DNA from: the human T2T-CHM13v2.0 reference genome, Homo sapiens
NCBI RefSeq assembly: GCF_009914755.1
Contig: NC_060937.1
Reading direction: 5' to 3' (one strand)
DNA length: 64,000 nt
A model generated the notes under the pieces. The model was not told the DNA's origin. It searched no databases and saw only the letters and a program-made list of their open reading frames with translations. Positions 14,795 to 29,689 of this stretch are shown here, piece after piece (positions within the stretch are counted from its first letter, which is position 1; each line of letters starts with the position of its first letter). The position numbers and the translations under genes were made by a program.

Positions 14795-15620
14795 AAATTA
14801 TTTTATTGTCATTTTTAAAATTGTCACATAACAATTGTACATATTTATATTGTGATGTTTCTATACATGTACACATTGTGCAATGATCAAATTAGTGTAA
14901 CCAGCATTATTCATCATTGCAAACATTTATTATTTATTTGTAGTCAATATTTAAATTATCTTGTAGCTGTTTTGAAATATACAATATATTATTATCTATA
15001 GTCACGCTACTGTGCAATAGAACATCATAGGTTATTCTTCCTATCTAATTGTATCTTGGTACCTATTGACTATTATCTCCCCATTCTTGACTCCCCCAAC
15101 TGTCCTAGGCTCTAGTAACCACTATACAATTGCTACTGATTTGAGTCCCTTATGTATTATTGATATTAACTCCTTGTCAGACATGTAGCTTGCAAATATT
15201 TTCTGTCATTCTGCACAATGTCTTCACTCTGTTGTTTCTTTTGCTATGCAGAAGCTTTGTAGTTTGATGTGATCACATTTGTCTATTTTTTATTTTATTG
15301 CCTGTGCTTTTATAGTCATATGCAAAAAATTCTTGCTAGTACAATGTCATGAAGTATTTTCCTTAGGTTTTCTTTGGGTACTTTCATAGTTTTGAGTCTT
15401 AAATTTAAGTCTCAATGAAGAACTCAGAAACAAATTCATGCATCTATAGGCTACAGATTTTTAACAAATATACCAAGAACACACATTGGGAAAAAAGAAG
15501 AGTCTCTTCAAAAGTGGTGCTTTTGAAGTGGATACTCCAAAATTGGGTATCTACATGTAGAAGAATGAAACTGGACCCTTATCTTTCACCTATACAAAAA
15601 TCTACTTGAAGTGGATTACA
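14795..15620 (-). mobile_element. L1MA 3' fragment with internal deletion and 5' inversion
   Basis: Antisense 3'UTR/ORF2 at 14795-15413, then sense ORF2 at 15414-15620; the two parts are adjacent in the L1 consensus (tggatta|aagacttaaat). Confidence 0.8.
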
Positions 15621-15907
15621 TTTTTTTTTACAAAAATTTTTTCAAAAGTATTTCTAAGGGATATGGCTTCAGAGTCCAAAGGTTAACGTGTAAGTGGAAA
15701 ACAGCCATGCTTAAGACAATATGGAATGTTTAGAACTGTGGAAAGTGGGAGTGAGACAGACTCTCCTCAGGCCTTTTTGATTCAAATCTTTTAAATACTG
15801 CTCTGTTGATCAAAGGTACTGAATTTGCATAATTTCTGTGGTATTTTCTACTATTATACAAAATACTACCAGCAGTTGTTTATGCTCTCACACTGCTATT
15901 GTAAATA

Positions 15908-16230
15908 AATGACAGAAAATATTTGCAAGCTATATGTCTGACAAGGAGTTAATGTCAATAATATATAAGGAACTCAACTGAGTAGTAATTGTATTGTGGT
16001 TACCAGAGTGCAGGAGCGTTGGGGGAGAGAAAAATGGAGAGATACAAGCCAATAGGTACAAAGATACAATTAGATAGGAAGAATAACTTATAGTGTTCTA
16101 TTGCACAGTAGCATAACTATAGATAATAATATATTGTATATTTCAAAATAGCTACAATACAGAATTTAAATGTTCTGACTACAAAGAAATAATAAATGTT
16201 TGCAGTGATGAATAATGCCAATTACCCTAA
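15908..16230 (+). repeat. Inverted duplicate of L1MA segment 14891-15210
   Basis: Reverse complement aligns along its whole length and shares the same ORF2-to-3'UTR deletion junction. Confidence 0.85.
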
Positions 16231-17809
16231 CTTACTAATAATTCAAAAGTGCATGGTTTCACTGAAGAAGTCTAAGATCTACAGAGGTAACTTCTGATTA
16301 TGAAAAAAAAAAAAAAAAAAGATGTTTTGTTTGTCTTTCACTCCAGGGCAAGTTTTGGCTCTGAGTGCAGGATGCCTGGTCAATGCAAGAGGAAACATTA
16401 CTCCCACAGAGAAAGCCATTTCAATTATGGATCATTTTCCTCTTATACCCAATTCATTAATAACTTAGGTTATAATTTCCAGCTAGCTACGACCCTGTTA
16501 ATGCATAAATTCCAGGTTTATTTACACAGAGAAAAGAAGGGCAGAACTCTATTAGAATTCTGTATCCCTTTACAACGTACACAAAACTTATGAGTGGAAA
16601 GACTTGCAAGTTGAAAGTTGGGAGTTAGGAAGACAAATGTAGAGTTTTAAAAATGCTGCTCACACAGAAAGAGTAGAGGAGTTATAGATTGTTTAATCTA
16701 AAACACATGACTCATTTAGGACTCAAAGTGTCTCCCTGAGTATTAAGGTTGCAAGACTGCTTTATTTTTCTTTCATTATTATTTTTTTTACTTTTACTGA
16801 AGAGAAAGTAAAATAAAATACAGTAAGTGACATTTAAGAAAGCACACTTGACTACAAGTACTGTGTCACACAAAATCATTTTTAAAGGGTGCTGTAAAAA
16901 TCTCATTTTAGACATTGCTGTAGTGTAAAATCCACCTCCAAATTTGCACCAACCTCTCAGCCCTGCCATACAAAGCTTTTCGTAAAGTATGCGCTCTAAG
17001 TGCTCAGAGATACTTGATGATTGATTGAATAATATTAAAATGATGTCAATTAGTGCATTCAGAAACTTTAATGGACTGCAACTCTAGGTAAAACTTGTTT
17101 TTAAGTGGAACTTCTATAAACAAAGTTTTGAAATGAGTGCCTCTTTTTTTGAGATGAAGGAAATGTGTTTTATGTTCAGAATGTGTTAAAGAGAAGTATA
17201 TACTACTTCAACCACTACATGTTATTCTTTATCTCTCATAACTAGAAAATCCATGAGGGAAAAGATATGGTTAGTAGATTTGTTGCCATATCTCAGCTGT
17301 TGCAATAGTGCCTGGAAAATAGTAAATAAATAGTATATAGATATCTAATTTTGATATTTTGTTAGTATCAAATTTTGAATTTTGTTGAGTGAGTGCATTA
17401 CTGAATCATATGGAACAGTACTGGGGATTATTGAAAGGGTTTGTAACCAGTGACTTGTGAGGTATGTGGTAAAGAGTAAAGTTTTCCGAGGTTTCAAGTC
17501 TGGACAGCTGAGATGACACTGGTGTCACTAACAGTAACAACAACAACAACAAAACAAAACAAAAAAAACAGAATAAACATAGAAAGTGGAATAATTTTTA
17601 AATAAAAAAATAAATTCAGAATTACCTATATTGTAGTCAACGAGACTGCAAATTAGAAAAGTAAAATTTTCCACCAGTCTGGGGAAATCTAGAATAAGTT
17701 CAGAGCTAGTGATAAAGATTTTGGAGATATTTGCCTTAAGTGTTGCATTTCTAAAAGTGGATGGGCTTGAAGGAAAAAAACAAAGACAATAGGTTATTGC
17801 TTTAAAAAT

Positions 17810-17810
<1 letters not shown>

Positions 17811-17849
<39 letters not shown>
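17811..17849. repeat. (CA)n microsatellite
   Basis: Directly visible CA run. Confidence 0.9.
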
Positions 17850-17850
<1 letters not shown>

Positions 17851-20118
17851 GTATACCTATTATATGTATATTTAGAGAGAGAGAGAAGATGAAAGTAAAA
17901 TTGTACTAAAAGAAAAATAAGAACAACAACAGCAACAAAACAAAACAGTGTCATACAAGCAGTGAAAAAAGAATTTTCACGAGGAGAAAGTAGTCAACTC
18001 CATCAAATGAACTGGAATTATTTAAGGTCTGAAAATATGAATGGCAGCTTTCTCTCACCCCCAGTCTGAACCAGAAGCAGACAAATCAAATTGAATTGAC
18101 CTTCTGGGTTCAGATATAATTTGGTACCTCTGTAGAAACTATTTTATTTGAGGAAAATATACCTAATTAAGTGTGCCGTCTTTACTGAACTTAATCATTT
18201 TTACATGCTTACAAATTTCAAATCCCCTATTACACCACTTTGAAACTCACAACTTCCTAAGTAGAGGTTAGTAATACCCACATTAAAATCTTGCACATGC
18301 ACCAAAAAGCAAAATATGCTCATAAGTAGATTTCGTACGTGTGCATTTTAGTTGATATCAAGTTTATTGTATAAATGCAACAAACCCTTAAGGAATATGT
18401 GGTAATGTTTTCTGCTCTATTGCTAGAGGAAAAGTAAGTCTGTTCTAAATAAGTACAACATTTCCTCTCCTCCTAGACCAACCAGGGTCTTCTACTGATG
18501 GTTCCTCCCTCCTTGTCTTTTATATGAGTTACATCAGTTTTCCCTGTCATCATACAGCTGCTACTCTTTGATTAATCTACAGTGAGTTTTCTCCCTTCTG
18601 TCCTGTTAGCTGTTGCTTTCCCTCTTCATTGCACCTCGACTTTTTCACCTCTCATCCTTTGCCTGTCAGTTTTGTTCAGCTTCTTTCTCCATTCTTAATT
18701 TCCATAACTGTAATCCTCTTGTAGTTTTGGTCTGCTGATTTTGGATGCTTTGTATCTCTTTGTATGTGGCTTACTATTCTGCCCTATGCATCTACAGTGC
18801 ATGTTTTTGTATCATGCTACTTTTTAAATATTGCATCAGGTCTGAAGTTTTACACCACAGAATATTATATTAGTACTTTTTCTCATTCCATTTTACTACT
18901 GAACTTATTCCCTTTACATCATATCACCCTACATTTCCTGGCATTTTACTGCTGTGAGTCCTCGGTCTTTGTGCAGTGCCAATGAATCAACATCCTTTAT
19001 TGTACTAAAGCAATTTACAATGGCCACTAGTGAATTGCACTTTTTGGCTACTCCAGGGAAAGACTATCTATTCTTTTTTTTTATTATTATTACTTCTTGT
19101 TTCCACTAAGGAAAAATCACTCCATGTAGAAAGTGATAAAAAAGTAGAACCCAGATTTATTACAAGTCAGGAATAGTGATTTTTTTTCCTTTTTTATTTT
19201 AGCTTTTGATATAATTTAGTTGGGAAAAACAAAGATTCAGAAAATTAGCTGCAACCTCTAATTTGTATTACTTATTGTGCAACTGAGGCTATGTCATCAT
19301 AACTTTAAAGCATAAAAATAGTAATTTCAGTTACTATTTGAAGGCAGGAATCTTAGTAAATATAAACAAATTGTCATGATTAAGCTCAATTTTTGTTACA
19401 GAATTGAGGCAAATCTATATGTGTCAGTGAGTATAATTAAAACATAGATTTCTTATGTTTTGATATTAAATTTTAGTCTGTTTCACAATATGTTAAATGT
19501 ATTAGTTAATAAGAGCTAATAAGGCAACTTAAGAACAGTTGTTTGTTTTTTCCATTTTCTCCATATTACCAACCATTGGTTTTCTCATCTATAAAAGCTT
19601 GAAAATGGAGTTTTCTATGGTAATTTTCTTCTAAATCCATATTTCTTTTACTAATTTTCAAAATAGCTTTCAGTTTTGTTCGTGAAAATAACAGCCAGGG
19701 GATAAAAAAAATTATCTTCTGATCTTTTCTCTTGTCAGAAGATTTTGCAATCCTATAAATAAATATTTAATGCTATAGAAAGTTTATCAAAGAAAATTTT
19801 CTGTGAAAAGTACATTAATCTGAAAGGTTAACATTTAAATTTATTTAGACACATCTTTACTTTAAAATCAAAGCTCTTTATGGAATATAGCAATGTATCT
19901 AATCGCCAAATTCAGCTAACCCTTTCTGAAACCTATTATACTTGACCCCCTTTTTTGCGATGGCTTCACAACACATAACACTTCTCCATTGTTGATATTT
20001 TTCCACTCTCATCCTCCTTTCTTTGTGACGGGCCATTTTCAATGTCACCATCCAGTTCTACTAACATTTTATCTATGCAGTTATAATTTACGTATTGGTA
20101 ATTCTTATGTTATCTCTC

Positions 20119-20817
20119 TATTACAGGCAGTTAGGCATGAGTGGGGGCAGAAGAGGGCTCTCCCTCAACCCACTAGAAATATCTGGTGATGGTTCGGCAA
20201 TTATCGCATTGCCTCTCTAAAAGTGATAATTAGGCAGTGCCAGGGAGAAGCATTTCCCGATGGTCCACATCTGTTACCATCAAAATGTTAATTGAATGCA
20301 GGCCCCAGGGAAAAGCAACTTTCTGGGAATGCTTATTAAAATACAAAAATGGCGAAGTATAATCTTCAGGGTACACTCCACCGGAAAAAGGAAGAAAGCC
20401 TCAGGTGGGCATGCCTATAGCTCCCTAAACACACCGGCGTACTTACTTTCAAAGGGTCAGGAGGGCTCGGCGCATGCGGGCAGACCACCCTAAGGGATGA
20501 ATCACTGGAAAGAGGCAAGCTTATACAAATCCTAGAATTAGGGTTAAACCAGGCATTTGACCTTCTCTCTTTAACTCTCATGTACCTGATTGGGTCTTTT
20601 CCAAGTGCACCTTCCTTTCTTTCCTGTTCCAAGGTCTTTTAAAATAAACTTCCACTCCTGCTCTGAAATTTGTATGCAACCTATGGGTCGCTTTTTCTCC
20701 CTTAGGACCCTCAGTCAAATTCTTTCTTCTGAGGAGGCATGGACAGAAGTTGCTACGAACCCGTAAGGATAGGCCACCAGTAACACAGAATAACTCTGAT
20801 CTCCTCCACCGTTAACC
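20119..20817 (+). mobile_element. MER50-like solo ERV1 LTR
   Basis: Starts tattacaggcagttaggcatgagtgggggcagaagagggctctcc (MER50-like); AATAAA at ~20643; ~700 bp. Confidence 0.75.
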
Positions 20818-22047
20818 TATTCATCCCAGTTTCTCATCTTGCTCTCAAGATACTTCTCTCTGATGGTAAGTAAATCTGCATTTCTCATAACATACTAAAG
20901 GTTGAAATTAATCTTACTAGACATCCCCTCACTTAATTCCCCTCACTTTAAATCTGTTCCACATCCTAACTTTAACAATTGCACTGAGTTCCATCCAGTC
21001 ACCTAACTCAGAGATCTAGAACTTTTCCCTTTCCCTCAGGCCCCCAAACTTGGGTTCACTATTTCAATAGATACACAAACTCCAATTCCTGCCTCAACAG
21101 TTACCTTGTTGCTCTACAGTACCTGATGCTTTTAGTGTGCTCCTTTTACAAGACAATCCATTCATGGCCTTCTACTAATCCTCTGAGTTTTTCCCTGTGG
21201 CCTTGTGGATGAAGAACAGATACCCTTGGAAGGTAGATAAGACCTTAGATGATCTAAGCTTCACTAACTCTCCAGTTATCTACTGCTAATTCCATTTTTT
21301 GTTGTATCCTTTTGACAAAGGCCATATAATTTATGTAATCCTGGCCTTTCGTTTTTGTTCATAGTTTTCAATTCATCTTCAGTGTTGCTCCAAAAAACCA
21401 AAAATTCTTATAAAAAGCTAATAAAAGTATATATATTTATTTTTCTTATCCTCCCATAAATGCTAAGGCTGTTAATTACCTCCTTTTTTTCTGTGTCTTG
21501 TATTCATCTCTAGGAAAGATTGTTCAGATGAAATATGTGTGTTTTAATAACCCAAATTAAAGGGCAAAGATCTGTATTAAAGTTGCTTTGAGTTTGATTT
21601 CTATTTATATTATTTTCTTCTACAATATATACTTAGACTTTTATAATTATCTATTTTGTGAAGAGTCTTCATGTTATATTTGTAAATGCTGAAAAATATT
21701 GTCATGAGGATATTCATCTTTCCCTGTGTTATGTGTCAAAATTGTGTAATTAGCATTTTATATCATGTATTGCCATTATCCGTTGGTGAGTACCTATATC
21801 ATTCTAAGTTAAAAATTTCCAAATACCTGTTTCATGCAACAACTTACAAGCATTTTCCATATTCAAATATGCTTGGGAAATGCTGAGGTAAAAGTTGATA
21901 GATGTTTTTACTGTAGGGAATCTTTGAGCCATTATATGCTGCCATGCATTGTAAATTTTCCAGAGCAAGATATACAATAATACAATGTTTCACAAACTTA
22001 TTTGACCAAAGTATTTTTTTGTTGTTGTTGTTTTAAGGAGCGGAGAG

Positions 22048-22053
22048 TTTAAT
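22048..22053 (-). terminator. ATTAAA polyadenylation signal of the ERV LTR
   Basis: tttaat on +, about 18 nt upstream of the point where LTR sequence gives way to the A-rich tail. Confidence 0.75.
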
Positions 22054-22287
22054 AGGCAAGAAGCAAGGGAGAAGACAGAAGGAAGAAGCTTCCCCATACA
22101 GAGAAAGAGGGAGGAGGGCTCCAAAGCTGAGAGAGGAGGTACCCGCCTGCCAAGGATACCAGCCAGGTATATATGCCGAGGCTGGAGGAGGCAGTGTTTG
22201 ATTTGCATAGGGCTCAGGGGATTGGTTTGACTAGCCATGTCATTCATGTAGCCTGAGAAAAAGCTGGCCCTCCCACCCTAGCCTTTT

Positions 22288-22579
<292 letters not shown>

Positions 22580-23186
22580 CACCCTAGCCTTTTAATATGC
22601 AAATGCAGGGCCCATGGGTGTTCTACACACATGGGGATATGTGGGGGTGGCCATGTTGCCAGGAACATGTGGGGAAACGCCAAGAAGGCTGTAGGAATCA
22701 CCATGTTGGGTGGATCCAGGTTCTAATGGCTAGCATTTGCAAATCAAAGGTTGCCAGCCTGGGTCTAAGAGCCGGGGCTTTAGAAGAAACTTTTCTGGAG
22801 ATGCTTTAAAAAATGAAAACTTCCCAATACCCCTTTTCCTCTCCATCTGCCTAAAATAATTTCTTAGTAACTCCTATAACATTCCCCCCTGTGGAGATGC
22901 CACACTAACTGCTGTTAGGGGATTTTGGGTGATGACTCTTTCTGGCTACTTTCTGCTGAAAAGGGGTGTGGAATGGGGAACAGCACCTAGGGTTCCTCCT
23001 GGGGATGATCTAAGGGTCTTGGAAGAATGGCACGTCCATGTGTGGTTCAATTTACAGCACCGTTTGGAGTTTGATTGCTTCTAGGTGAGAAGAGACAGTT
23101 TGAGTTATAGTATTGAGTGTACAGATTCCAAATGTTAATACAAGACATATAAGCAAGAAAGAGGCTAATAAAGGGGCTAACCAGTT

Positions 23187-23365
23187 TTATAAAGAAAACT
23201 GGAATTCATTAAAGAGGGATTGTAGCCACCTGGGGCTGAAGCTGGCATTTTCCCTGAGCCTGCCAATAATTTTGATTTGATCTTTAAGTACCTGTAGATT
23301 TTCCTTTACTATACCAGAGGTGTTAATCCAAAAGCAGCATGTTTCATTTAAAAGTGCATCACTAG
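23187..23365 (-). pseudogene. env: ERV env transmembrane-subunit remnant
   Basis: ALLNETCCFWINTSGIVKENLQVLKDQIKII matches the (C)X6CC-FWIN-SG region of gamma-type TM; lies just upstream of the PPT. Confidence 0.85.
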
Positions 23366-24631
23366 ACCCAATAAAAAGTCTTAGCAGACTCAGTGATAGT
23401 AAAACTTTCAAGCTTCCTTTTTGTTAGTAACTATTATCCCTGCTATAAGGATAATAATTAAACAAAATATGACAGTGATAGAAACTTTCTGTTCAATATT
23501 TCAGTTAGAAGGTGCTACTGTGTATAATCCTATTGCAAATAGTAGAGTGAGGACAGCAGTTCCCACATATACGTTGTGACAGGTAATTTCCACATATGTG
23601 GTGTCATAGGTAATTTCCATCTAACATTTTACTTGGCAAGATATAGAAGTCTCCTTTGAAGGTCTATAAAGTTCCTTGGTTTTATTTTCCCAAACAAAGA
23701 AACCTCTGGGTTATGGGCACCTTATTCACTTTCATTACCTGGCAGAATTTGCAAGATAATTGCCCAGAACTAGCATACTGATTCACATTTGTACGTTACC
23801 CATCCTTTTTTTTTTTTTCTCCGAGCTGCAGAAGATCACCACTCGACTCACAGGAAATAGCAGGGTTAATCTAAAATGTAGTCAAAAAGCTTAAAAACAG
23901 TTAACAAGACAAGGATTTAATGACAAATGTATGATAAGCTTTGGAGCAAAATTTTTCTCTCCAGTCCTCATTTTTGGCAAAAACTAATTATGAATAAATG
24001 TTAGTCTTATACTTGGGCTGATTATTTGCATAAAGTGCAGCAAGAATGTTTATTTTTACATAGGCCTTTTGGATTGGCTTTGATAAAACTCTGTTCCATA
24101 AGGAATTTCAGACAAGACTTTTAAAGCTGAGCCCAGCCATGGGTTTGTATCCTCCAATACCTGTGAGTTGGGTAATCCTCTCCTCTTGAGGTCCCAAGAT
24201 AAACTCAGAGCTTCCAGACCTGTTAGAAAGTGACATTCTTTACTGACCACAGGTTAGGAACCCTGTGGGGGGACAATGTAGACAAGGTATGAAGCCAGTT
24301 CTCCCCAAGGGGCTTATATTGGCTCCGCAGGTGAAGCTTGATTCCTTAAAGGAAAACACACCCTTTCGGTCAAAGCCTTGGTAAAATAACCAGTTTTTCC
24401 AATTGTGTTCTGTTGACAAAGAAAAATGGATTCTTATTGCACTGATGCTAACAACTATATTGCCATAAGTTAAGAGTACTCACAGATAGTCTCCAAATTT
24501 TAGAGGAACCAGGCAGAGAAAAATGAATATGCTCCAAATTTTGTTCACGGTAGTATACCTTACTTAATTATTAAAGACCATAAATCATTTAAAATAAGTT
24601 TCCCTGACTCTGAAAAACAAAACAAGAATCA

Positions 24632-25000
<369 letters not shown>

Positions 25001-25876
25001 TCACTTAGTTAACTTTTGTTTTGTTTGATATTTATGAACATGTCAGTTCTTTAGGAGTCCTGTACATTCTTTCTCTATTCCAATGTTATAATCTTCAAAG
25101 CTATTGAAAACCTGAATTTGAGAACACCTGTTAGAGTCCTTAGTATAGGTTGATTATAAACCATCTTTTGAGAAGGAACGAAGCAAGACAACAATTGTCT
25201 GTGAATGACATTTCCAGGATAGTTACAGTTAAAAATATGACTGACAAAGAAGTTTGTTTATCTCCATGGTTTACAATAACTTTACCCTTAATTATGATTG
25301 ATAGCATATACTTAGACATTAGAATTTTAGAAATCCCATACAATTTTGGAACATATATTAGTATCATTCACCAAAATATAACCTAAAGAAGATTGGACAT
25401 CATTTTGGCAATCTCATGTGACTAAACATGTCAGATGATCCTATTTACCTCTTCTCTGAATGTTTCAGGGGCCCTCTGAACCATCCATAAAACCAGGCAT
25501 TAGGAAGAACAACTCCCAGATTGCCATAAATTATTTTGCCAAAATGATGACTCAAAGGGCAAAAACCATTTGTTAGCCTTTATTATGACATGAAAATCCT
25601 GTTTATAGCCAAATTTTACTCTTGTATTAGTTTGTTAATGTTAACACGAATTTGTTTAAATGAAACCTTATAGATCATTCCATCTAATCCTAACCAACTT
25701 GATCATGAGGTGAAATTTCTACAAACCTTTTTACTAAAGGGCAGATTAGTGTCTTAAGACCTCATTTTATTTCAATGCTTAATTTATGAAAAGACCATAT
25801 AGATATTATGGGAGAAGATGGTGTAGTGCTTCTACCATGCATTTCATTGCAAGGCAACCCAAAGCCAGTTGGCTTA

Positions 25877-26336
<460 letters not shown>

Positions 26337-26807
26337 TTAATCCCTGGGGTTTCTTGAGGAAAACAGAGGGTATTTTTTCCCCAAAACGGGGTTTGTGGCG
26401 CCCCCTCTGTTTTTCCCAAGGAGTCCCATGCTACCAGAAGTTATCTTAGGGCCTCTTATGCATGCATTAAGAGTGATAGGACAAAAAAAAAAAATGGAGA
26501 AAAATAATTAAGTCAACTGAGAAGAAAAGAACCTTTTTCCAGAAAACAAGATCCAAGAAGAGAAAAACATAAAGACTTTTTAAATATACCTATAACTTGA
26601 ATATTCACTCTTAATTAAGCTGAGCACTCTTTAAAAAAATCTTTTTAAATTCCTTACTATTTGACTTTAGCCGTGCCAAACACTTAAGATTTTCAGCTTT
26701 TAAACTTTACGAAAAGTAGCCTCACAGGTGAAACCAACAAGCCTTAATTAGGGTATGACTTAATGGTGAGTGTACAAGGAATTTTCAATGGAGTGATAGG
26801 CAGCTTT

Positions 26808-27195
26808 TGAAACTGTCATTGCAAAATTGTGACTGAGACAGTGAAAGAGACCGGACCCAAACAATGTCATTTTGTTTCCAGCCCCCAAGCTGTCCTTGCC
26901 CATCCCTGGGCATAGGCTGAACCAACTTCGGGAGGAGCCTGGTTTATAGTTTATAGTTTAAAACAAAGATGATGTCAGCTGCTTCCCAAGACATACTTCC
27001 CTTTTGCCTGGGGACCAGACCAAGAGACTAGCCGCAGGATTACAAACCATGGCCCAGGAGCCATGCAGCTGGAGGCTACAAGATTTTGACCCTCCCTAAA
27101 CTGCTCTCATGATCAGTGCTTAAGATATTTTGTAAACCCTGCCCTTGATGGATCAGCTGGCACCACCTAGATTGACAGACTGGCTTATCTGATTT
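26808..27195 (+). mobile_element. Partial LTR8-like fragment antisense to the ERV
   Basis: tgaaactgtcattgcaaaattgtgactgagacagtgaaagag is similar to the solo LTR at 35645; 3' part absent. Confidence 0.65.
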
Positions 27196-27894
27196 AGTAC
27201 AAGAAGATAGCCACCATTGTAAAATCGCAGAGACTAAAACAAAGTATTGCCACATGGTTACAGATTATATTCCCAAGGACATGAAACAACTGGTAAGAAA
27301 TTTTTGCCCTTTTGCCAGCATATCAGGCTTCTGGGTTCCCTTTCTCCTAGCTCAACTCTATGCCAAGCATTTTAAGGTTTGGAAAATTAACTTTTCCCAG
27401 GTTAGAAGAACATTATAAAAGAGATAGAAGCCATTTTAAACCACAAAAGAAGAAAAAACACCATAGAAAGAAGTTCCAATTAGGGTTGTTAAGAGGTAAT
27501 ACCTCTCTTCCTATTGGGAATGGTGTTTCCTCTATTTCTTTGCCTTCCTATTTTCTCTTTTCCCTTCTGGCCTACTACAGGAGACATACTGCTCATCTCC
27601 AAAATTTTCTTCTGCTTGCAGAGCTGCGTGTTTTAGCTGCAGTGAGGGTTGGACTTAGCAGCAACATAACATCTCTCCATGTGAGGTCAAATACCTGAAT
27701 TAAATTTTGGAAAGCTTCTATATACCTATCAGGCTTGTCAGAAAATCAGCCTCAGTTTCCTTTCACTTGCCTAAGGTCCTGGAATGAGAAGGGAACTTGA
27801 AGGGGCCCCAAATAAGGGGCACCTTGAGATGACTTCCTTGAAAGTCACTTTTTTAATTTTGGGGAACTGTTTTCCCTGGGCCTGCCTGATATGG

Positions 27895-28002
27895 CTGCAA
27901 AAGAAAATAAGCCACTTTTTCTTCAAAGTTTCAAGGTTGAAGGAGTCCCAGTGCTTCAAAATACACTCCACGGGAGTGCATGTTGAAGATTATGTTACCC
28001 AT
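27895..28002 (-). pseudogene. gag: ERV gag N-terminal (matrix) remnant, frameshifted and truncated
   Basis: ATG GGT AAC (MGN), then after a frameshift SSTCTPVECILKHWDSFNLETLKKKWLIFFC, resembling HERV-W/ERV9-type matrix (PLxCILxxWDxFxxxTLxKKxLIFFC). Confidence 0.85.
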
Positions 28003-28914
28003 ATAGAAAGAGAAGTGAGAATGAAAGCATCCTTTTGGTCTCCTTCCTTTTGGTATGTGATCCAGGATGGAGATGAAAACATAGAGGGCGTCCCCCCAAC
28101 TATTTCCTCTCCATCGCTCCTGTAGTCCCAGCACCTGCTTAAATGTGCCACCCATGACTGCAGGTGTGACCCTCCAAGCCATTGCACCAGAGGAACTGAC
28201 TTTTAGGCCTTTGTCGCACTGTCCCCAAGCAATCAGTCCTCTGCCTTTTCTTTCCCTTTGACCTCCTAGATTTGTGTGGCCCGTGTGCCTTCCAAAAAAT
28301 GGATTTCAAAAAAACACTACGTAATTGGGCAAGGCCTCTTTAAGGGAGGGGGTGTGCTAGATTGAACTCTATATCCTGCTATTATAGCCCATGCTAAAGC
28401 ATTTACCCATAGAAGAATGGTTCCAGTTAATTTCCGGACTTAAAATCCCCTTACGAATTAAGTACTGTCTTAATAGGAGACAGAATAGATGCCTTAAAAG
28501 AACATAGGAATCGAATGACCATTTTCCTGCTGGTGAGACAATATTGAGACTAAAATTGAGCTATGGAAGACCTCTTACTCCTAACTGCTAAAGGCAGATA
28601 CTTCCCAGAAGAGGCCTAGAGCCCAATTTCTACTAGGTGGCTTAGAAATACAATGTGCTTGGCAGAGAAAACAGACAGAGAGAGAGATTTATTGAGTTAC
28701 TGTCTGCCGTGATTCATGATCTTTTCTAACAGACCTGTTTCCCTGAACTGTAAAGATCCCTCTACATTAGATACACACAGAGAGGGTAAGAGACCGCGGA
28801 TAAAAAGGGAGAGAAAGTTTGGCAACAGGGTAGCTGGAAGAGAGCCTTGAGATTAAAGGACAGATTTAAAGTTGAAATCCACTCCATACTCACTAGAGGA
28901 TGATTCAATTTCCT

Positions 28915-28932
28915 TTCCCGTCCAATGCACCA
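28915..28932 (-). promoter_or_regulatory. Primer binding site, tRNA-Gly
   Basis: + strand ttcccgtccaatgcacca matches the tRNA-Gly 3' end ttcccggccaatgcacca at 17/18; lies 3 nt from the U5 terminal CA. Confidence 0.9.
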
Positions 28933-28935
28933 GAA

Positions 28936-29136
28936 TGATACGGTTCTGATGAGTGGAGGAACACCAGGGTTCTTGGTCCTCATGCTGGTTTAGATAAAAC
29001 GACATGGACACACATGGAGTGGTTTTAAGGAGCAGAGAGTTTAACAGGCAAGAAAGAAGGGAGAAGACAGAAGGTAGAAGATCCCCCGTAAAGAGACAGA
29101 GGGAGGGGGGCTCCAAAACTGAAAGAGGAGGTCCCC
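28936..29136 (-). mobile_element. R-U5 part of ERV 5' LTR (U3 absent)
   Basis: 29022-29136 repeats 22030-22144 (R); ends ...GTATCA next to the PBS. Confidence 0.85.
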
Positions 29137-29189
29137 GACCAAGGTATTTTTTAATGGCAAATATTACCTTATATGAAATGAATGCCTGA

Positions 29190-29450
<261 letters not shown>

Positions 29451-29689
29451 ACTATTGTCATGTATCAAATCAATACCAGTTTTGAAAATGTTGATCTAAT
29501 TTTCAACCTTGTTTCTAAACTGTCAGAAGATATTTTCTAGGCTAATTCAGTTAATGAATACTATATGTCATATAAAGCTATGCTTCCACAAAAAGATAAA
29601 ATTAATAGAAAATAATGCCAAATATCAATCACCTTCATGTTTTGGAAGTGATTAGAAGATTATTCCTCTTGCCATTCTTGATGATCTTA

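Noticed and set aside
20110-20825. TSD for the MER50-like LTR
   Set aside because: Both termini are mutated and no convincing 4-bp duplication could be read.
23187-23411. Intact syncytin-like env
   Set aside because: Only ~60 codons of TM remain; no signal peptide, SU, furin site or first cysteine of CX6CC.
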